From positions 3,328,001 through 3,392,000 of the forward strand of contig JASGHJ010000002.1 in the NCBI GenBank assembly GCA_047602405.1: a DNA stretch of 64,000 nucleotides, read 5' to 3'. The DNA is from Anaeromyxobacteraceae bacterium (lineage in GTDB: Bacteria > Myxococcota > Myxococcia > Myxococcales > Anaeromyxobacteraceae). Both the position numbers and the translations under genes were made by a program. Below are positions 40,361 through 50,531 of this stretch, one piece after another. Numbering within the stretch: the first letter of the stretch is position 1; every line of letters begins with the position of its first letter. The notes beneath the pieces are model-generated. The model did no database searches. It saw nothing but the letters and a program-made list of their open reading frames with translations, and was not told the origin of the DNA.

Positions 40361-40906
40361 CTACCGCACGTCCACCGAAAGGATGCTCGAACCCGGCGGG
40401 CACCAGATCGGGTTCACCGGCGTGTAGACGAAGAGGACCGGCACCGACGCGGGGCAGAGCGAGCAGACCGTGTCGGGCGGCCCCGGCTCGAAGCGGACCT
40501 CGACGGCGTCGGGGTGCCAGGTCCACTGCGCGTCGCAGTCGGGCTCCGGGGCGAGCTGCAGCACGGGCAGGTTCGGCGTGGACGTGGGGTTCGAGAGCAG
40601 GACCTGCGCCTGCGAGATGAAGGTCGCCGAGGTGGTCCAGAGCTTCACGGTCTGCCCGCACGACTCGAGCACCACGAACGCACCGTGGGTGCGGTTCGCG
40701 CACGAGCCCGTCGTGAAGTCGGTGCAGGCACCGGAGACGCACGCCTTGCCGGAGCCGCAGACCGTGCCGCACGCGCCGCAGTGCTCGGGGTCGGCGGCGA
40801 GGTCGACGCAGGCGCCGTTGCAGACCTCGAGGCTGCCCGGGCACGGCTGGGCGTTCATGCAGCCCGCGAGGGCGGCGAGCGCGGCGGCGGAGAGGAGGCG
40901 GCGCAT
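40361..40906 (-). CDS. Cys-rich lipoprotein (Stig1-like module)
   Basis: LAGC lipobox; CNGACVDLAADPEHCGACGTVC...CVSGAC. Confidence 0.8.
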   Translation of the reverse strand: MRRLLSAAALAALAGCMNAQPCPGSLEVCNGACVDLAADPEHCGACGTVCGSGKACVSGACTDFTTGSCANRTHGAFVVLESCGQTVKLWTTSATFISQAQVLLSNPTSTPNLPVLQLAPEPDCDAQWTWHPDAVEVRFEPGPPDTVCSLCPASVPVLFVYTPVNPIWCPPGSSILSVDVR

Positions 40907-40932
40907 CGCGCGAGATCGTAGCACCGGTCCGG

Positions 40933-41589
40933 CTACTCCGTGCTCTCGAACCAGCGGAAGTCGACGAGCACCGCGGCCCCCAGCAGGAGCCGGCGCAGGG
41001 GCGCGTCGGCGCGGCCGAAGCTCACGAGGAAGGTGTCGGCGTCGGTGAAGAGCTCCGAGACCGCGCCCGACCACCGCTTCTCGATCCGCCCGAGCTCGAG
41101 GTCCGACTCGCCGCGCGTCACCACGAACGTCCACGGCCGGAACCACGGGCCGGTGATGCGGGCGAGGAGCCGTCCGTCGGGCGCGACCACGTCGAGCCTC
41201 CGCCGGAGCAGGGAGAACCGCTGCTGGATCGTGCCGAGCGGCTGGCCGCCGTCGCCGGTGACCTCGAGGCGCGCGAACAGCCAGGTGAACGGCCGGTGGA
41301 GCTGGAGCGCGCGGGGCCCGGCGCCGCCGTCGGAGGCGGCGACGACGCGCATGTCGAACGGGCGGTTCGCCTTCAGGAACCAGCGCGCGAGCAGCCGGCC
41401 CGCACCGCCCGTCTCCTCGAGGGCCCAGCCGGCGAGCGCGCCGTCCTCGGTGAGGAGGGCGTAGCGGTTGGGGGACTCCCAGCCGACGAGCTCGGCCCAG
41501 TCGCGCGCCTGCCGGACGACGAGGCGCGGCGCGGCGTCGAGGGTGGTCGCGAGGGGGGCGGTGACGGAGGGCAGGGCGGCGCGGCGCAT
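40933..41589 (-). CDS. Phospholipid scramblase/LURP-like protein
   Basis: WESPNRY, RPF, GRIEKRWSG...ELFTDADTF. Confidence 0.85.
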   Translation of the reverse strand: MRRAALPSVTAPLATTLDAAPRLVVRQARDWAELVGWESPNRYALLTEDGALAGWALEETGGAGRLLARWFLKANRPFDMRVVAASDGGAGPRALQLHRPFTWLFARLEVTGDGGQPLGTIQQRFSLLRRRLDVVAPDGRLLARITGPWFRPWTFVVTRGESDLELGRIEKRWSGAVSELFTDADTFLVSFGRADAPLRRLLLGAAVLVDFRWFESTE

Positions 41590-41632
41590 GCCGCATCCTA
41601 CCCTACCCTCCGCCCACCTCGGCGCCCTGGCC

Positions 41633-44284
41633 TCAGCGCACCACGAGCTGGCCGATCGCGAAGTCGCCGAGCTCGGCGGTGTCCTTCCCGAGCCGGTCGC
41701 GCACGGCCGCGCGCGCGCCCGCGGCGAGCGCCGTCCCGTCGAGCACCGTGCCCGGGCTGGCGCCGGTCGCGAGCCTGAGGCGGACCGAGAACACGGTCGC
41801 GCCGAGGGCGAGCGTGGTGTCGGTGGTCTTCGCCCCGGCGCCCGCCGCCTTCTGCGACACGCCCGCGAGGAGCACGTTCGCCGCGGGGCCGGTGGTGGCG
41901 AGGGCCGCGGCCACCGCCTTCGGCGCCGTGCCCAGCGTGAACGCCACCGTCGCCGGCTCGACGAGGAGCGTCGCGTCGGCGACCACCTTGCCCGGCGCGA
42001 GCGGCAGCGCGAGGCCGGCCCCGTAGGAGGCGACGAGCCCGTTGCCGGTCACGAGGTCGAGCTGGACGACCGACGCCGTGGACGCGGCGTTGCGCACGAG
42101 CCGCACGCGGCCGCCCGGCGCGGGGTCGGTGTAGACGAGCCCGTGCACGGTCGAGGTGGCGGAGGCGGTGCGCGCGAGCGCGGTCGCGGTGAGCGACTGC
42201 GCGCCGAGCGTCGCGAACGTCATGGGCACCGGGATGCTCGGGGGCTGCGTGCCGTCGAGCACGATCGCCGGGGGCGCGGCGGCCCCCGGGTCCGAGGTCG
42301 CGAAGGTGACGGTCGCCGCGAACGCCGGGACCGCGTTGCCGTAGGCGTCCTTCACGGTGAGCGTCCCGGTGACCTCCTCCCCCGCGTTCGCGTCGGCGGG
42401 CAGCGAAAGCGCGAGGAGCGCCGCGCCGGGGTGCACCGTGAGCGTGGCGGTGGCGTCCGTCAGGCCGGCGGAGGAGGCGGTGAGCGCGGCCGTGGGCGCC
42501 GTCTCGAGCGTCACCGTCGCGAGCCGCACGCCGGCGTCGGCAGGCCCGGCGGCCGGCAGCCGCGCCGCGGGGTCGTCGGAGGTGAACGCGACCGCGCCGG
42601 TGAAGCCGGTGGCGAGGTTGCCGTGGAGGTCGCGGGCCTCCGCGGTGACCGCGAAGGCGTCGCCGGCGTCCACCGCGGAGGGCGCGCCGGCGAGCGCGAG
42701 GGCCACGGCCGGGGCCGGGACGATCGGGTGCTCCACCCGCCCCGTCAGCGCGCCCGAGGAGGCGAGGATCGTCTGGTCGCCGGCCGTGTAGAAGCGCACG
42801 CCGCTCACGGACCTCACGCCCTGGTCGCCGGGGGCGAACGCGACGTCCGCGATGGAGGGCGCGCCGAGGTCGGTGTTCGCGAAGGAGACCGTCCCGCCGA
42901 ACCCGGTGGCGACGTTGCCGTACGCGTCCCGCACCGTGGCGGTCAGGACGTGCGCGTCGTCGACGACGTAGCTGCCCGCGAGCTCGAGCCCGATGGAAGC
43001 CGGTGCGCCGTGGCCGACGGTGACGGTGGCGGTCGCCGGGGGGAGCCCCGCGGCGGTGGCCGTGACGGCGTGGGCCCCGGCGGTGCGGAGGGTCACGCCG
43101 ACGGCCGCCCTGCCCGCGTCGCCGGGGGCGAGCGTCACCGCGGCGGGCAGCTCCGCCGCGGGGTCGTCGCTCGCGAGGCCCACCGCGCCGGTGAGGCCGG
43201 CCGCGTTGCCGAAGGCGTCCCGCGCCTGCAGCACGAGGGCGAACGGCGTCCCGGCGGCGGTGGAGGCGGGCGCGCCCGAGAGCGCGAGGGAGGCCGGCGG
43301 ACCGGCGAGGACGGTCTTCGACACGCGCGCGACGAGCGCGCCGGAGGTCGCGGTGATCGCCTGCTCGCCGGCGGTGCGGAACTTCACCCCGGGCACGACC
43401 TTCACCCCGAGGTCGGGCGCCGCGAACGTGACGGCCGCGATCGCGGGCGCCGCCGCGTCGGTGCCGGTGAAGGAGACCGTCCCGGTGAACGCCGTGGCGG
43501 CGTTGCCGTACGCGTCGAGGGCGCGGACGGTGAGCGTGTGGGCGGCGTCGGCGACGCCGGTGCCCGCGAGCTCGAGGCCCAGCGAGGCCGCGGGGCCCGG
43601 CGCGACGTCGACGTTCGCGGTGACGGACGGGAGGCCGGTGACGGCCACCGAGACGGTGCGGGTGCCCGGGGTGCGCAGGCTCAGGCCGACGGCCTTCTCG
43701 CCCGCGTCGCCGGTCGCGAAGGTGACCGGCCCCGGCAGCACGGCGGCCGGGTCGTCGCTCGTGAAGGTCGCGGTGCCGGCGAAGCCGGTCGCGACGTTGC
43801 CCGACGCGTCCCGCGCCGTGAGCGTCGCCGCGATGGGCGCGCCCGGGGCGGTGGCCGCCGGGACGCCGGCGAGGACGACCGCGGCGGCCGCGCCCGGCGC
43901 GACCGTGGTCCCGGCGGCGCCGCGGACCCCCGCCGTGTCGGCGGCCGAGACGAGCTGCGCCCCCGCGGTCTTGAACGTGACCTGCACCGTCTTCGTGCCG
44001 GCGTCCGCTGCCGCGAAGACGAGCGGCGCCGGCAGCACGGCCGCCGCGTCGGTCGAGGTGAGGGTGACGGTGCCCGTGTAGCTCGCGAGCGTGCCGCCCG
44101 CGGTGCTCGCGACGGCGACGGTGACGCTCGCCGGCGTGCCCGCGGTCGCCGTGGCCCCGAGGGTCACGACGAGGCCCGCCGGCCCGGGCGGCGTCGGCTT
44201 CGGCTTCGAGTCCTTGGAGCAGGCCGCGAGCGCCGCGAGCGCGAGGGCGGCCACGACGAGGCGCGTGGAGGGGGTCGTCTTCAC
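41633..44284 (-). CDS. Surface lipoprotein with 7 Ig-like repeats and a cohesin-like C-terminal domain
   Basis: LAAC lipobox; about 97-aa repeats with DAxGNxATxFxGxVxFxSxD; GTG start overlaps the upstream TGA. Confidence 0.8.
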   Translation of the reverse strand: MKTTPSTRLVVAALALAALAACSKDSKPKPTPPGPAGLVVTLGATATAGTPASVTVAVASTAGGTLASYTGTVTLTSTDAAAVLPAPLVFAAADAGTKTVQVTFKTAGAQLVSAADTAGVRGAAGTTVAPGAAAAVVLAGVPAATAPGAPIAATLTARDASGNVATGFAGTATFTSDDPAAVLPGPVTFATGDAGEKAVGLSLRTPGTRTVSVAVTGLPSVTANVDVAPGPAASLGLELAGTGVADAAHTLTVRALDAYGNAATAFTGTVSFTGTDAAAPAIAAVTFAAPDLGVKVVPGVKFRTAGEQAITATSGALVARVSKTVLAGPPASLALSGAPASTAAGTPFALVLQARDAFGNAAGLTGAVGLASDDPAAELPAAVTLAPGDAGRAAVGVTLRTAGAHAVTATAAGLPPATATVTVGHGAPASIGLELAGSYVVDDAHVLTATVRDAYGNVATGFGGTVSFANTDLGAPSIADVAFAPGDQGVRSVSGVRFYTAGDQTILASSGALTGRVEHPIVPAPAVALALAGAPSAVDAGDAFAVTAEARDLHGNLATGFTGAVAFTSDDPAARLPAAGPADAGVRLATVTLETAPTAALTASSAGLTDATATLTVHPGAALLALSLPADANAGEEVTGTLTVKDAYGNAVPAFAATVTFATSDPGAAAPPAIVLDGTQPPSIPVPMTFATLGAQSLTATALARTASATSTVHGLVYTDPAPGGRVRLVRNAASTASVVQLDLVTGNGLVASYGAGLALPLAPGKVVADATLLVEPATVAFTLGTAPKAVAAALATTGPAANVLLAGVSQKAAGAGAKTTDTTLALGATVFSVRLRLATGASPGTVLDGTALAAGARAAVRDRLGKDTAELGDFAIGQLVVR

Positions 44285-47200
44285 GGCGTGCTCCCGAACT
44301 TCGCGAGGAGGGCGCTGAGATCGTCTTCCTGGATCAGCGCGGGGTTCGCGCCGCCGAGGTCGAGGTCGCTGTCGTAGAACGGGACGGTGGGGATCGCGAG
44401 GTTGCCGAGCGGGGGGACGCCCAGGCGGCTCGCGAGCGCCATGACGTCGAAGGGATTGACGAGCCCGTTCGCGTCGAAGTCGCCCGTGCCGGCAGTGGCC
44501 GAGGGCTCGCTCTTCACCTGCAGCTCCCACATCCCGCGCCCGAAGGTCGAGGCGCGCACGACGCCGCCGCTCCTCGAGATGGCGACGTCGGTCACGCGCA
44601 CGAGCGGGAGCCCGACGCCGACGCGGGCCCAGGTGAGCCCGCCGTCGGTGGTCCGGTACAGCCCGAGCTCGGTGCCCGCGTAGATCGTCTGGTCGGTCGG
44701 GTCGCTGTAGTCGTAGCGCACCACGTAGATCCCGACGTTGGGCAGGTCGAACCCCGTGCCGTTGCCGTGGAAGGCGGTCCAGGTGGCGCCGCCGTCGGTG
44801 GTCCGGAAGAGGCGCCCGACCTCCGCCGGGATGGGCACGACCGCGAAGTTGCTCGCGTTGAGCCCCGCCGGCGCGTTGGACGAGACGAGGTACGTGAGGC
44901 GCGGGTCGGCGCCGCCGAGGCTGGCCGGGTTGCGCGGCAGCGCGACCGAGCTCGTGAAGGACACGAGGAAGGCGTTGCCGCCCGAGTCGTTCGCCCGGAT
45001 CGACGTCGCCGCGCCGGTGACGGCCACCGTCCCGGCCTGCGTCTTCTCGGTCACGATCGCGGCGCAGCCGCCGTTGAGCGGGAGCCCGTACAGGCGGGCG
45101 GGCACCCCGTCCACGGTCGCGTTCGTCAGCACGGTGGGGCCGATCCCGCGGATCGTGCGGTTCGTCGCGCTGCCGCAGCCGGTGATCCCGTTCGTGAGCC
45201 GGCTGAACGAGACCTGGTCGTTCTCGTTCGGGCGGAAGCGCCAGACGTTCTGGTTGGTGACGGAGGACACCCAGCCGTCGCCGAGGTCGGCGTACCGGAT
45301 GAAGAACGGCTCGCCGTCGCCCGCGGGAAGGACGCCCGCGAGGCTGATCGACACCCAGTTCGTGCGCTCGGTGCCGCGCTCGATGCGCGTCGGCACGCCG
45401 CAGTCGCGCGCGCGGGGGCGGCAGAAGCGCCGGGACTGCTGCACCGAGGCCCAGAGCACCGGGTTCCGGCCGGCGGGGTCGAGCGCGACCGCGGTGCCGA
45501 TGCCGTCGCCCCCGATGAGCTGGTCCCAGACCTTGAGCTCGACCGAGGTCGAGATGACCTCGTTGTCGGTGTTGAGGGCCCAGCGGGTGCCGTTGTCCTG
45601 CAGGCCCGAGAAGAGGACGCCCGGGTTGCCCGTCGCGGGGTCCCCCGAGCCCACCGAGTACATGAGGTGGGTGGCCATGCCGTAGCCCGGCTGGTCCCAG
45701 TGCACCTGCTCGCCGACGTCGGCGTCGAACACGTCGCGGGAGAGGAAGAAGCCGCCGTCGTTGCCGCCGAGCACGACCGCCTTGCCGTTCACGCGGTAGA
45801 CCGAGGCGGCGTGCCAGTCGGCGTGGGCGTAGGGCAGCGGACCCTTCGCGGTGGTGCCGCGGCCGCTCGTGGGGAGCCAGTGGCTCACGAGCTCCCAGGT
45901 GGCGCCGCCGTCCCGGGACCGGACGCTGCAGAGGTCGCCGGCCGCGAACACGTTGTCGGGGTTGCCCGGGTCCACCGCGATCGCGAGGTCGTAGTAGGAC
46001 TGCGCGTGGCCGAGGTTCATGGTCTGGCAGTCGGCCGAGCCGGTGGTCGGGTTGATGGGCGCGGTCACCGGGGCGGTGTTCCGCGAGACCACGGTCCACG
46101 TCGCGCCGCCGTCGCCGGACCGGAGGATGCCGGCGGTCGAGTTGCCGTCGGTCTGGCTGGCCGCGAGCGCGTAGACCCGCGCCGTCGCCGGGTCGGCCGC
46201 GCGCGCCACGCCGAGCTCGATGCGGCCGATCGCGCCGGTCGCGAGGAGCGCGGCGTCGAGCGCGCCGGTGGTCCGGGCCGAGCTCCACGTCGCGCCTCCG
46301 TCGAGGGAGCGCCACACGTCGCCGAGGTTGCCGAGCGCCGCGTTCGGCGCCGGGCAGGCGGCGAGGTTGCCCATCTGCAGCGCCGTGTTGGGGCCGTTGA
46401 GGCCCGGGCAGGCGTAGACGCCGCTGACGACCCAGCCGTTCCCGCCGAGCGAGGCGACGGTCCAGAGCCCCTCCCGCGAGGCGGCGTAGGCCGCCGGCTT
46501 CGGCAGCGGGACGATCGAGCGGGTCGCGCCGCCGTCGGTGGTCACGAAGAGGCCGGCGTCGGTCGCGAAGAACGCGTGGTTCGCGTCGAGCGGATCGACC
46601 GCCACCTCGCGGACCGCGGACGCCGTGACGGTGGCGCCGTCCGCGGGGTGCACCGCGGTGAGCATCGACACGGGCGACCAGGTCGCGCCCCCGTCGATCG
46701 TCTTCGAGAAGGCGCCGAACTGCTGGTCGACGTGGTCGCCGAGCCCCACGTAGAGGACGTTGGGGTCGGTCGCCGCCACGTCGAAGCTGCCGATCGCGAG
46801 GGCGCCCAGCGTGTCCGTCAGCGGGATCCAGCTCGGCGTCGCCGGCGCGGCCGGTGAGCTGCCGAGGCCGGTCGTCTTCCACAGGCCGCCGCCGGAGGTC
46901 GCCGCCCAGGCGATCGCCGGGTTCGTCGGGTGCAGGCGCAGCGCGTTCACGCGACCGGCGTCGGCGGCCTTGTAGTAGGTGCCGTTGAACTGGTTGCGCG
47001 CCCAGTACGGGCCCATGGTCCGCCAGGGCGCCGCCCCCTGCACCGACGGGCTCTGGCCGGCCGGCACCGGGCCACCGGGCGCGAGCGCGGGGTCGGTGAT
47101 CCAGCGCGTCGCCTCGAGCCCGGCGATCCGGGCGAGGTCGGCGAGGTACTCGGGGCCCGGCACGCCGAGCTCGATGGCCGAGTAGAGGCCCCTCAGCAGC

Positions 47201-47469
47201 GCCTCGTCCTGCTCCTCGCCGGGCGCCTCCTGGCCGGGCTGGTCGCCCTCGAGCAGCGCCATGAGGCCGCTCTCCGCCTCGGGCTGCGGCAACCCGGTGG
47301 GGAGGTCGTCGATGCCGCGGCGGGCGGCGTCGAACGCGGCGGCGGCGAGCGCGCGCAGGCGCTCCTCCTGGTAGGCGCGGTAGGCGCGCGCGACCGCGGG
47401 CGCCGCGGCGAGCGCGGCGAGCACGGCCGCGAGGCCGGCGAGGGCCACGGTCCGGCGAGGCTTTCTCAA
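44281..47469 (-). CDS. Secreted BNR/Asp-box beta-propeller protein (glycosidase-like) with C-terminal dockerin-like domain
   Basis: TTG start after GGAGG; signal peptide; seven [S/T]xDGGxT[W/R] Asp-boxes; GDFDANGLVNPFD...DLDL...IQEDDLSALL. Confidence 0.82.
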   Translation of the reverse strand: MRKPRRTVALAGLAAVLAALAAAPAVARAYRAYQEERLRALAAAAFDAARRGIDDLPTGLPQPEAESGLMALLEGDQPGQEAPGEEQDEALLRGLYSAIELGVPGPEYLADLARIAGLEATRWITDPALAPGGPVPAGQSPSVQGAAPWRTMGPYWARNQFNGTYYKAADAGRVNALRLHPTNPAIAWAATSGGGLWKTTGLGSSPAAPATPSWIPLTDTLGALAIGSFDVAATDPNVLYVGLGDHVDQQFGAFSKTIDGGATWSPVSMLTAVHPADGATVTASAVREVAVDPLDANHAFFATDAGLFVTTDGGATRSIVPLPKPAAYAASREGLWTVASLGGNGWVVSGVYACPGLNGPNTALQMGNLAACPAPNAALGNLGDVWRSLDGGATWSSARTTGALDAALLATGAIGRIELGVARAADPATARVYALAASQTDGNSTAGILRSGDGGATWTVVSRNTAPVTAPINPTTGSADCQTMNLGHAQSYYDLAIAVDPGNPDNVFAAGDLCSVRSRDGGATWELVSHWLPTSGRGTTAKGPLPYAHADWHAASVYRVNGKAVVLGGNDGGFFLSRDVFDADVGEQVHWDQPGYGMATHLMYSVGSGDPATGNPGVLFSGLQDNGTRWALNTDNEVISTSVELKVWDQLIGGDGIGTAVALDPAGRNPVLWASVQQSRRFCRPRARDCGVPTRIERGTERTNWVSISLAGVLPAGDGEPFFIRYADLGDGWVSSVTNQNVWRFRPNENDQVSFSRLTNGITGCGSATNRTIRGIGPTVLTNATVDGVPARLYGLPLNGGCAAIVTEKTQAGTVAVTGAATSIRANDSGGNAFLVSFTSSVALPRNPASLGGADPRLTYLVSSNAPAGLNASNFAVVPIPAEVGRLFRTTDGGATWTAFHGNGTGFDLPNVGIYVVRYDYSDPTDQTIYAGTELGLYRTTDGGLTWARVGVGLPLVRVTDVAISRSGGVVRASTFGRGMWELQVKSEPSATAGTGDFDANGLVNPFDVMALASRLGVPPLGNLAIPTVPFYDSDLDLGGANPALIQEDDLSALLAKFGSTP

Positions 47470-47668
47470 GGTGACCTCCGGGTGACGGGAGAGCGAGCGG
47501 GCGGCAGGGTGGCATGCTCCGCCTCCGGACGCCGCGACGTAAAGCCACACCGTCACGCGACAGGTCCCTGATCTCGAACACCTGCGCGGCCCCCTGACGG
47601 GGCGGAGGGCGCGTTGACGCGGACTCGGGGAGGGGGTTTCATGCCCCGGCCATGAGGCTCGCCGGCGC

Positions 47669-48112
47669 GTGATGCGCTTCCCCGAGGGCTGGCGGGATAT
47701 CTTCGCCGCCGTGCGCCGCATCCCGCGCGGCCGGGTGGCGACCTACGGGCAGGTGGCCGTCGTGGCGGGCCGGCCCGGCCGCTCGCGCCTCGTCGGCCAC
47801 GTGCTCGGCGCGCTGCCCGGCACCGGCGAGAAGGTGCCCTGGTTCCGGGTGATGGGTCAGCGCGGCCGCGGCCACGCCGGGATCTCCATCCTCGACCCGA
47901 TGGGCGCGGGCGTGCAGCGGGACCTGCTCGAGCGCGAAGGCGTGGAGTTCGACGCGCGCGCGCGGGTCGACCTCGGACGCTTCGGGTGGCGGCACCCGGC
48001 GCTCGTCGCCCTCGCTACTCCTCGGCGCGCACCGGCGAGAGGTGCCAGATCTCGTCGGCGTACTGCCGGATCGTCCGGTCGGAGGAGAAGCGACCGGAGC
48101 GGGCGACGTTGA
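47669..48112 (+). CDS. MGMT/alkyltransferase-like protein
   Basis: IPRGRVATYGQVA, RLVG, VPWFRV (Trp in place of the catalytic Cys, ATL type). Confidence 0.85.
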   Translation: MMRFPEGWRDIFAAVRRIPRGRVATYGQVAVVAGRPGRSRLVGHVLGALPGTGEKVPWFRVMGQRGRGHAGISILDPMGAGVQRDLLEREGVEFDARARVDLGRFGWRHPALVALATPRRAPARGARSRRRTAGSSGRRRSDRSGRR

Positions 48113-50531
48113 GGATCGCCATCCGGTTCCACCGCTCCGCGTCCTGGTAGGCCGCGTTCACCTGGTCCTGGCAGGCGCAGTACGCCGCGAAGTCGGCCAG
48201 CACGAGGTACGGGTCGTGGTCGAGCAGCGCGTCCACGACCGGCTTGAAGAGCCCCGGCTCGCCCGGCGAGAAGACGCCCGAGGCGATGGCGTCGAGGGTC
48301 TCCTTGATCCGCGGATCGGCGTAGTAGCGCTCGCGCGGGTGGTAGCCCTTCGCCTTCAGCGCCTCGACCTCCTCCACGGTCATGCCGAACAGGAAGAAGT
48401 TCTCGGCCCCGACCTCCTGGCGGATCTCGACGTTCGCGCCGTCGAGCGTGCCCACGGTGAGCGCGCCGTTCATCGCGAACTTCATGTTGCCTGTGCCGGA
48501 CGCCTCGGTGCCGGCGGTCGAGATCTGCTCGGAGACCTCCGCGGCCGGCATGATCCGCTCGGCGAGCGAGACCCGGTAGTTCCTGAGGAACAGGACCTTC
48601 AGCTGGTCGCGGGTGGCCGGATCGGCGTTCACGACGTCGCCGATGGAGTTGATGAGCTTGATGTGCCACTTCGCCATCGCGTAGCCGGGGGCGGCCTTCG
48701 CGGCGAAGAGGTAGGCGCGCGGGTGCGGCCGGTAGCTGCGGTCCGCCTTCATCCTCAGGTACTCGGAGGCGATCCGGACCGCGTTGAGGAGCTGGCGCTT
48801 GTACTCGTGGAGGCGCTTCACCTGCACGTCGAAGATGGCGTCCGGGTCGAGCGCGACGCCGTGCTCGGCGAGCGCGATGGCGGCGAGCTTCTCCTTGTTC
48901 TGGCGCTTCACCCGCCGGAAGAGGCGGCGGAAGCCGGCGTCCCCGGCGAGCGGCGCGAGCCCGGTGAGCCGGGACGCGTCGGTCACCCACTCCGGCCCGA
49001 GGGCCTCGGTGATCGCGCTCGCGAGCTCGGGGTTCGCCTGCTGGAGCCAGCGGCGGGGGGTGACCCCGTTCGTCTTCGAGTTGAACTTCTCCGGCCAGAG
49101 CTGGTTGAAGTCCTTGAAGAGGACCTTCTTGAGGAGGTCGGTGTGGAGCTCGGCCACCCCGTTCACCGAGCGGGAGCCCACCACCGCGAGGTTCGCCATG
49201 CGGACCGACTTCGTCGCCCCCTCCTCGATGAGGCTCATCCGCTGCACCGCGGCCTCGTCCACCCGGCCGGAGGCGCGCATCTCGTCGAGGAAGCGGCGGT
49301 TGATCTCGTAGACGAGCTCGAGGTGGCGCGGCAGGACTCGCCCGAAGAGGTCCACCGACCACTTCTCGAGCGCCTCGGGCATGAGGGTGTGGTTCGTGTA
49401 GCCGAACACGCCCTGGCAGATCTTCCAGGCCCGCTCCCACTCGAGCTCGTGCTCGTCGACGAGCACGCGCATGAGCTCGGCGATGGCGATCGAGGGGTGG
49501 GTGTCGTTGAGCTGGATCGCGACCTTGTCGGCGAAGGTGTCGAAGTCGCCGTGCACCTTCACGTGGCGGTGGACGATGTCGTGGATCGAGCAGGAGACGA
49601 AGAAGTACTGCTGCTGGAGGCGGAGCTCCTTCCCCATCACCGTCACGTCGTTCGGGTAGAGGACCTTCGAGATGTTCTCGGAGAGGTCGCGGTCCTCCAC
49701 CGCGGCGAGGTAGTCGCCCGCGTTGAAGTCGGCGAGGTCGAGCTCCTGCGCGGCGCGCGCGCGCCACAGGCGCAGCGTGTTGACGGTGCCGTTCCTGTAG
49801 CCCGGGATCGGCACGTCGTACGGCATGCCCATGACGTGGCGGGCGTCGACCCAGCGGACCTTCTGCTTGCCGTTCTCGACCGCGTGCTCGGTCCGGCCGT
49901 AGAGCGACACCGGGACGACGCGCTGCGGGCGCGGCAGCTCCCAGGCGCTCCCGAAGCGGAGCCAGTCGTCGGGGCGCTCGACCTGGTAGCCGTTGCGGAT
50001 CTCCTGGTCGAAGATGCCGAACTCGTACCGGATGCCGTAGCCGTAGGCGGGGTACGCGAGCGTCGCGAGCGAGTCGAGGAAGCAGGCGGCGAGGCGGCCG
50101 AGGCCGCCGTTGCCGAGGCCGGCGTCGGGCTCCTGGTTGAGGAGGTCGGTGAGCTCGATCCCGAGGTCCTTGAGCGCGGCCTTGAGCGGCTCGTACAGCC
50201 CGAGGTTGATGAGGTTGTTCTCGAGCGCCTTGCCCATCAGGAACTCGAGCGAGAGGTAGTAGACCCGCTTCGCGTCCTGCTTGTAGTAGGTCTGCTGCGT
50301 CTCGATCCACCGGCGCATGAGCCGGTCGCGGACGACGTGCGCGACGGCCTGGTAGCGGTCGAGCGCCGTCGCCTTGTACTCGTCGACGCCCAGCGTGAAC
50401 TGCAGGTGGTCGGCGAACGCGCGGGTGAGCGCGATCGAGTCCGACGCCGTCCGCGCGTTCGGCAGCTCGCGGGCGCGCTCGAGCGCGGCCGCTTCCTGGG
50501 GTGCGGAGACGGTCTTCCGGGGCGGGCTCAT
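48015..50531 (-). CDS. glgP: Glycogen/starch phosphorylase
   Basis: LGNGGLGRLAACFLDS, QLNDTHP, KRLHEYKRQ, EASGTGNMKFAMNG. Confidence 0.97.
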   Translation of the reverse strand: MSPPRKTVSAPQEAAALERARELPNARTASDSIALTRAFADHLQFTLGVDEYKATALDRYQAVAHVVRDRLMRRWIETQQTYYKQDAKRVYYLSLEFLMGKALENNLINLGLYEPLKAALKDLGIELTDLLNQEPDAGLGNGGLGRLAACFLDSLATLAYPAYGYGIRYEFGIFDQEIRNGYQVERPDDWLRFGSAWELPRPQRVVPVSLYGRTEHAVENGKQKVRWVDARHVMGMPYDVPIPGYRNGTVNTLRLWRARAAQELDLADFNAGDYLAAVEDRDLSENISKVLYPNDVTVMGKELRLQQQYFFVSCSIHDIVHRHVKVHGDFDTFADKVAIQLNDTHPSIAIAELMRVLVDEHELEWERAWKICQGVFGYTNHTLMPEALEKWSVDLFGRVLPRHLELVYEINRRFLDEMRASGRVDEAAVQRMSLIEEGATKSVRMANLAVVGSRSVNGVAELHTDLLKKVLFKDFNQLWPEKFNSKTNGVTPRRWLQQANPELASAITEALGPEWVTDASRLTGLAPLAGDAGFRRLFRRVKRQNKEKLAAIALAEHGVALDPDAIFDVQVKRLHEYKRQLLNAVRIASEYLRMKADRSYRPHPRAYLFAAKAAPGYAMAKWHIKLINSIGDVVNADPATRDQLKVLFLRNYRVSLAERIMPAAEVSEQISTAGTEASGTGNMKFAMNGALTVGTLDGANVEIRQEVGAENFFLFGMTVEEVEALKAKGYHPRERYYADPRIKETLDAIASGVFSPGEPGLFKPVVDALLDHDPYLVLADFAAYCACQDQVNAAYQDAERWNRMAILNVARSGRFSSDRTIRQYADEIWHLSPVRAEE

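Noticed and set aside
48015..48112. 98-nt convergent overlap of the MGMT-like gene and glgP as a regulatory feature
   Set aside because: The overlapping tail is low-complexity and lies beyond the domain; most likely stop-codon drift
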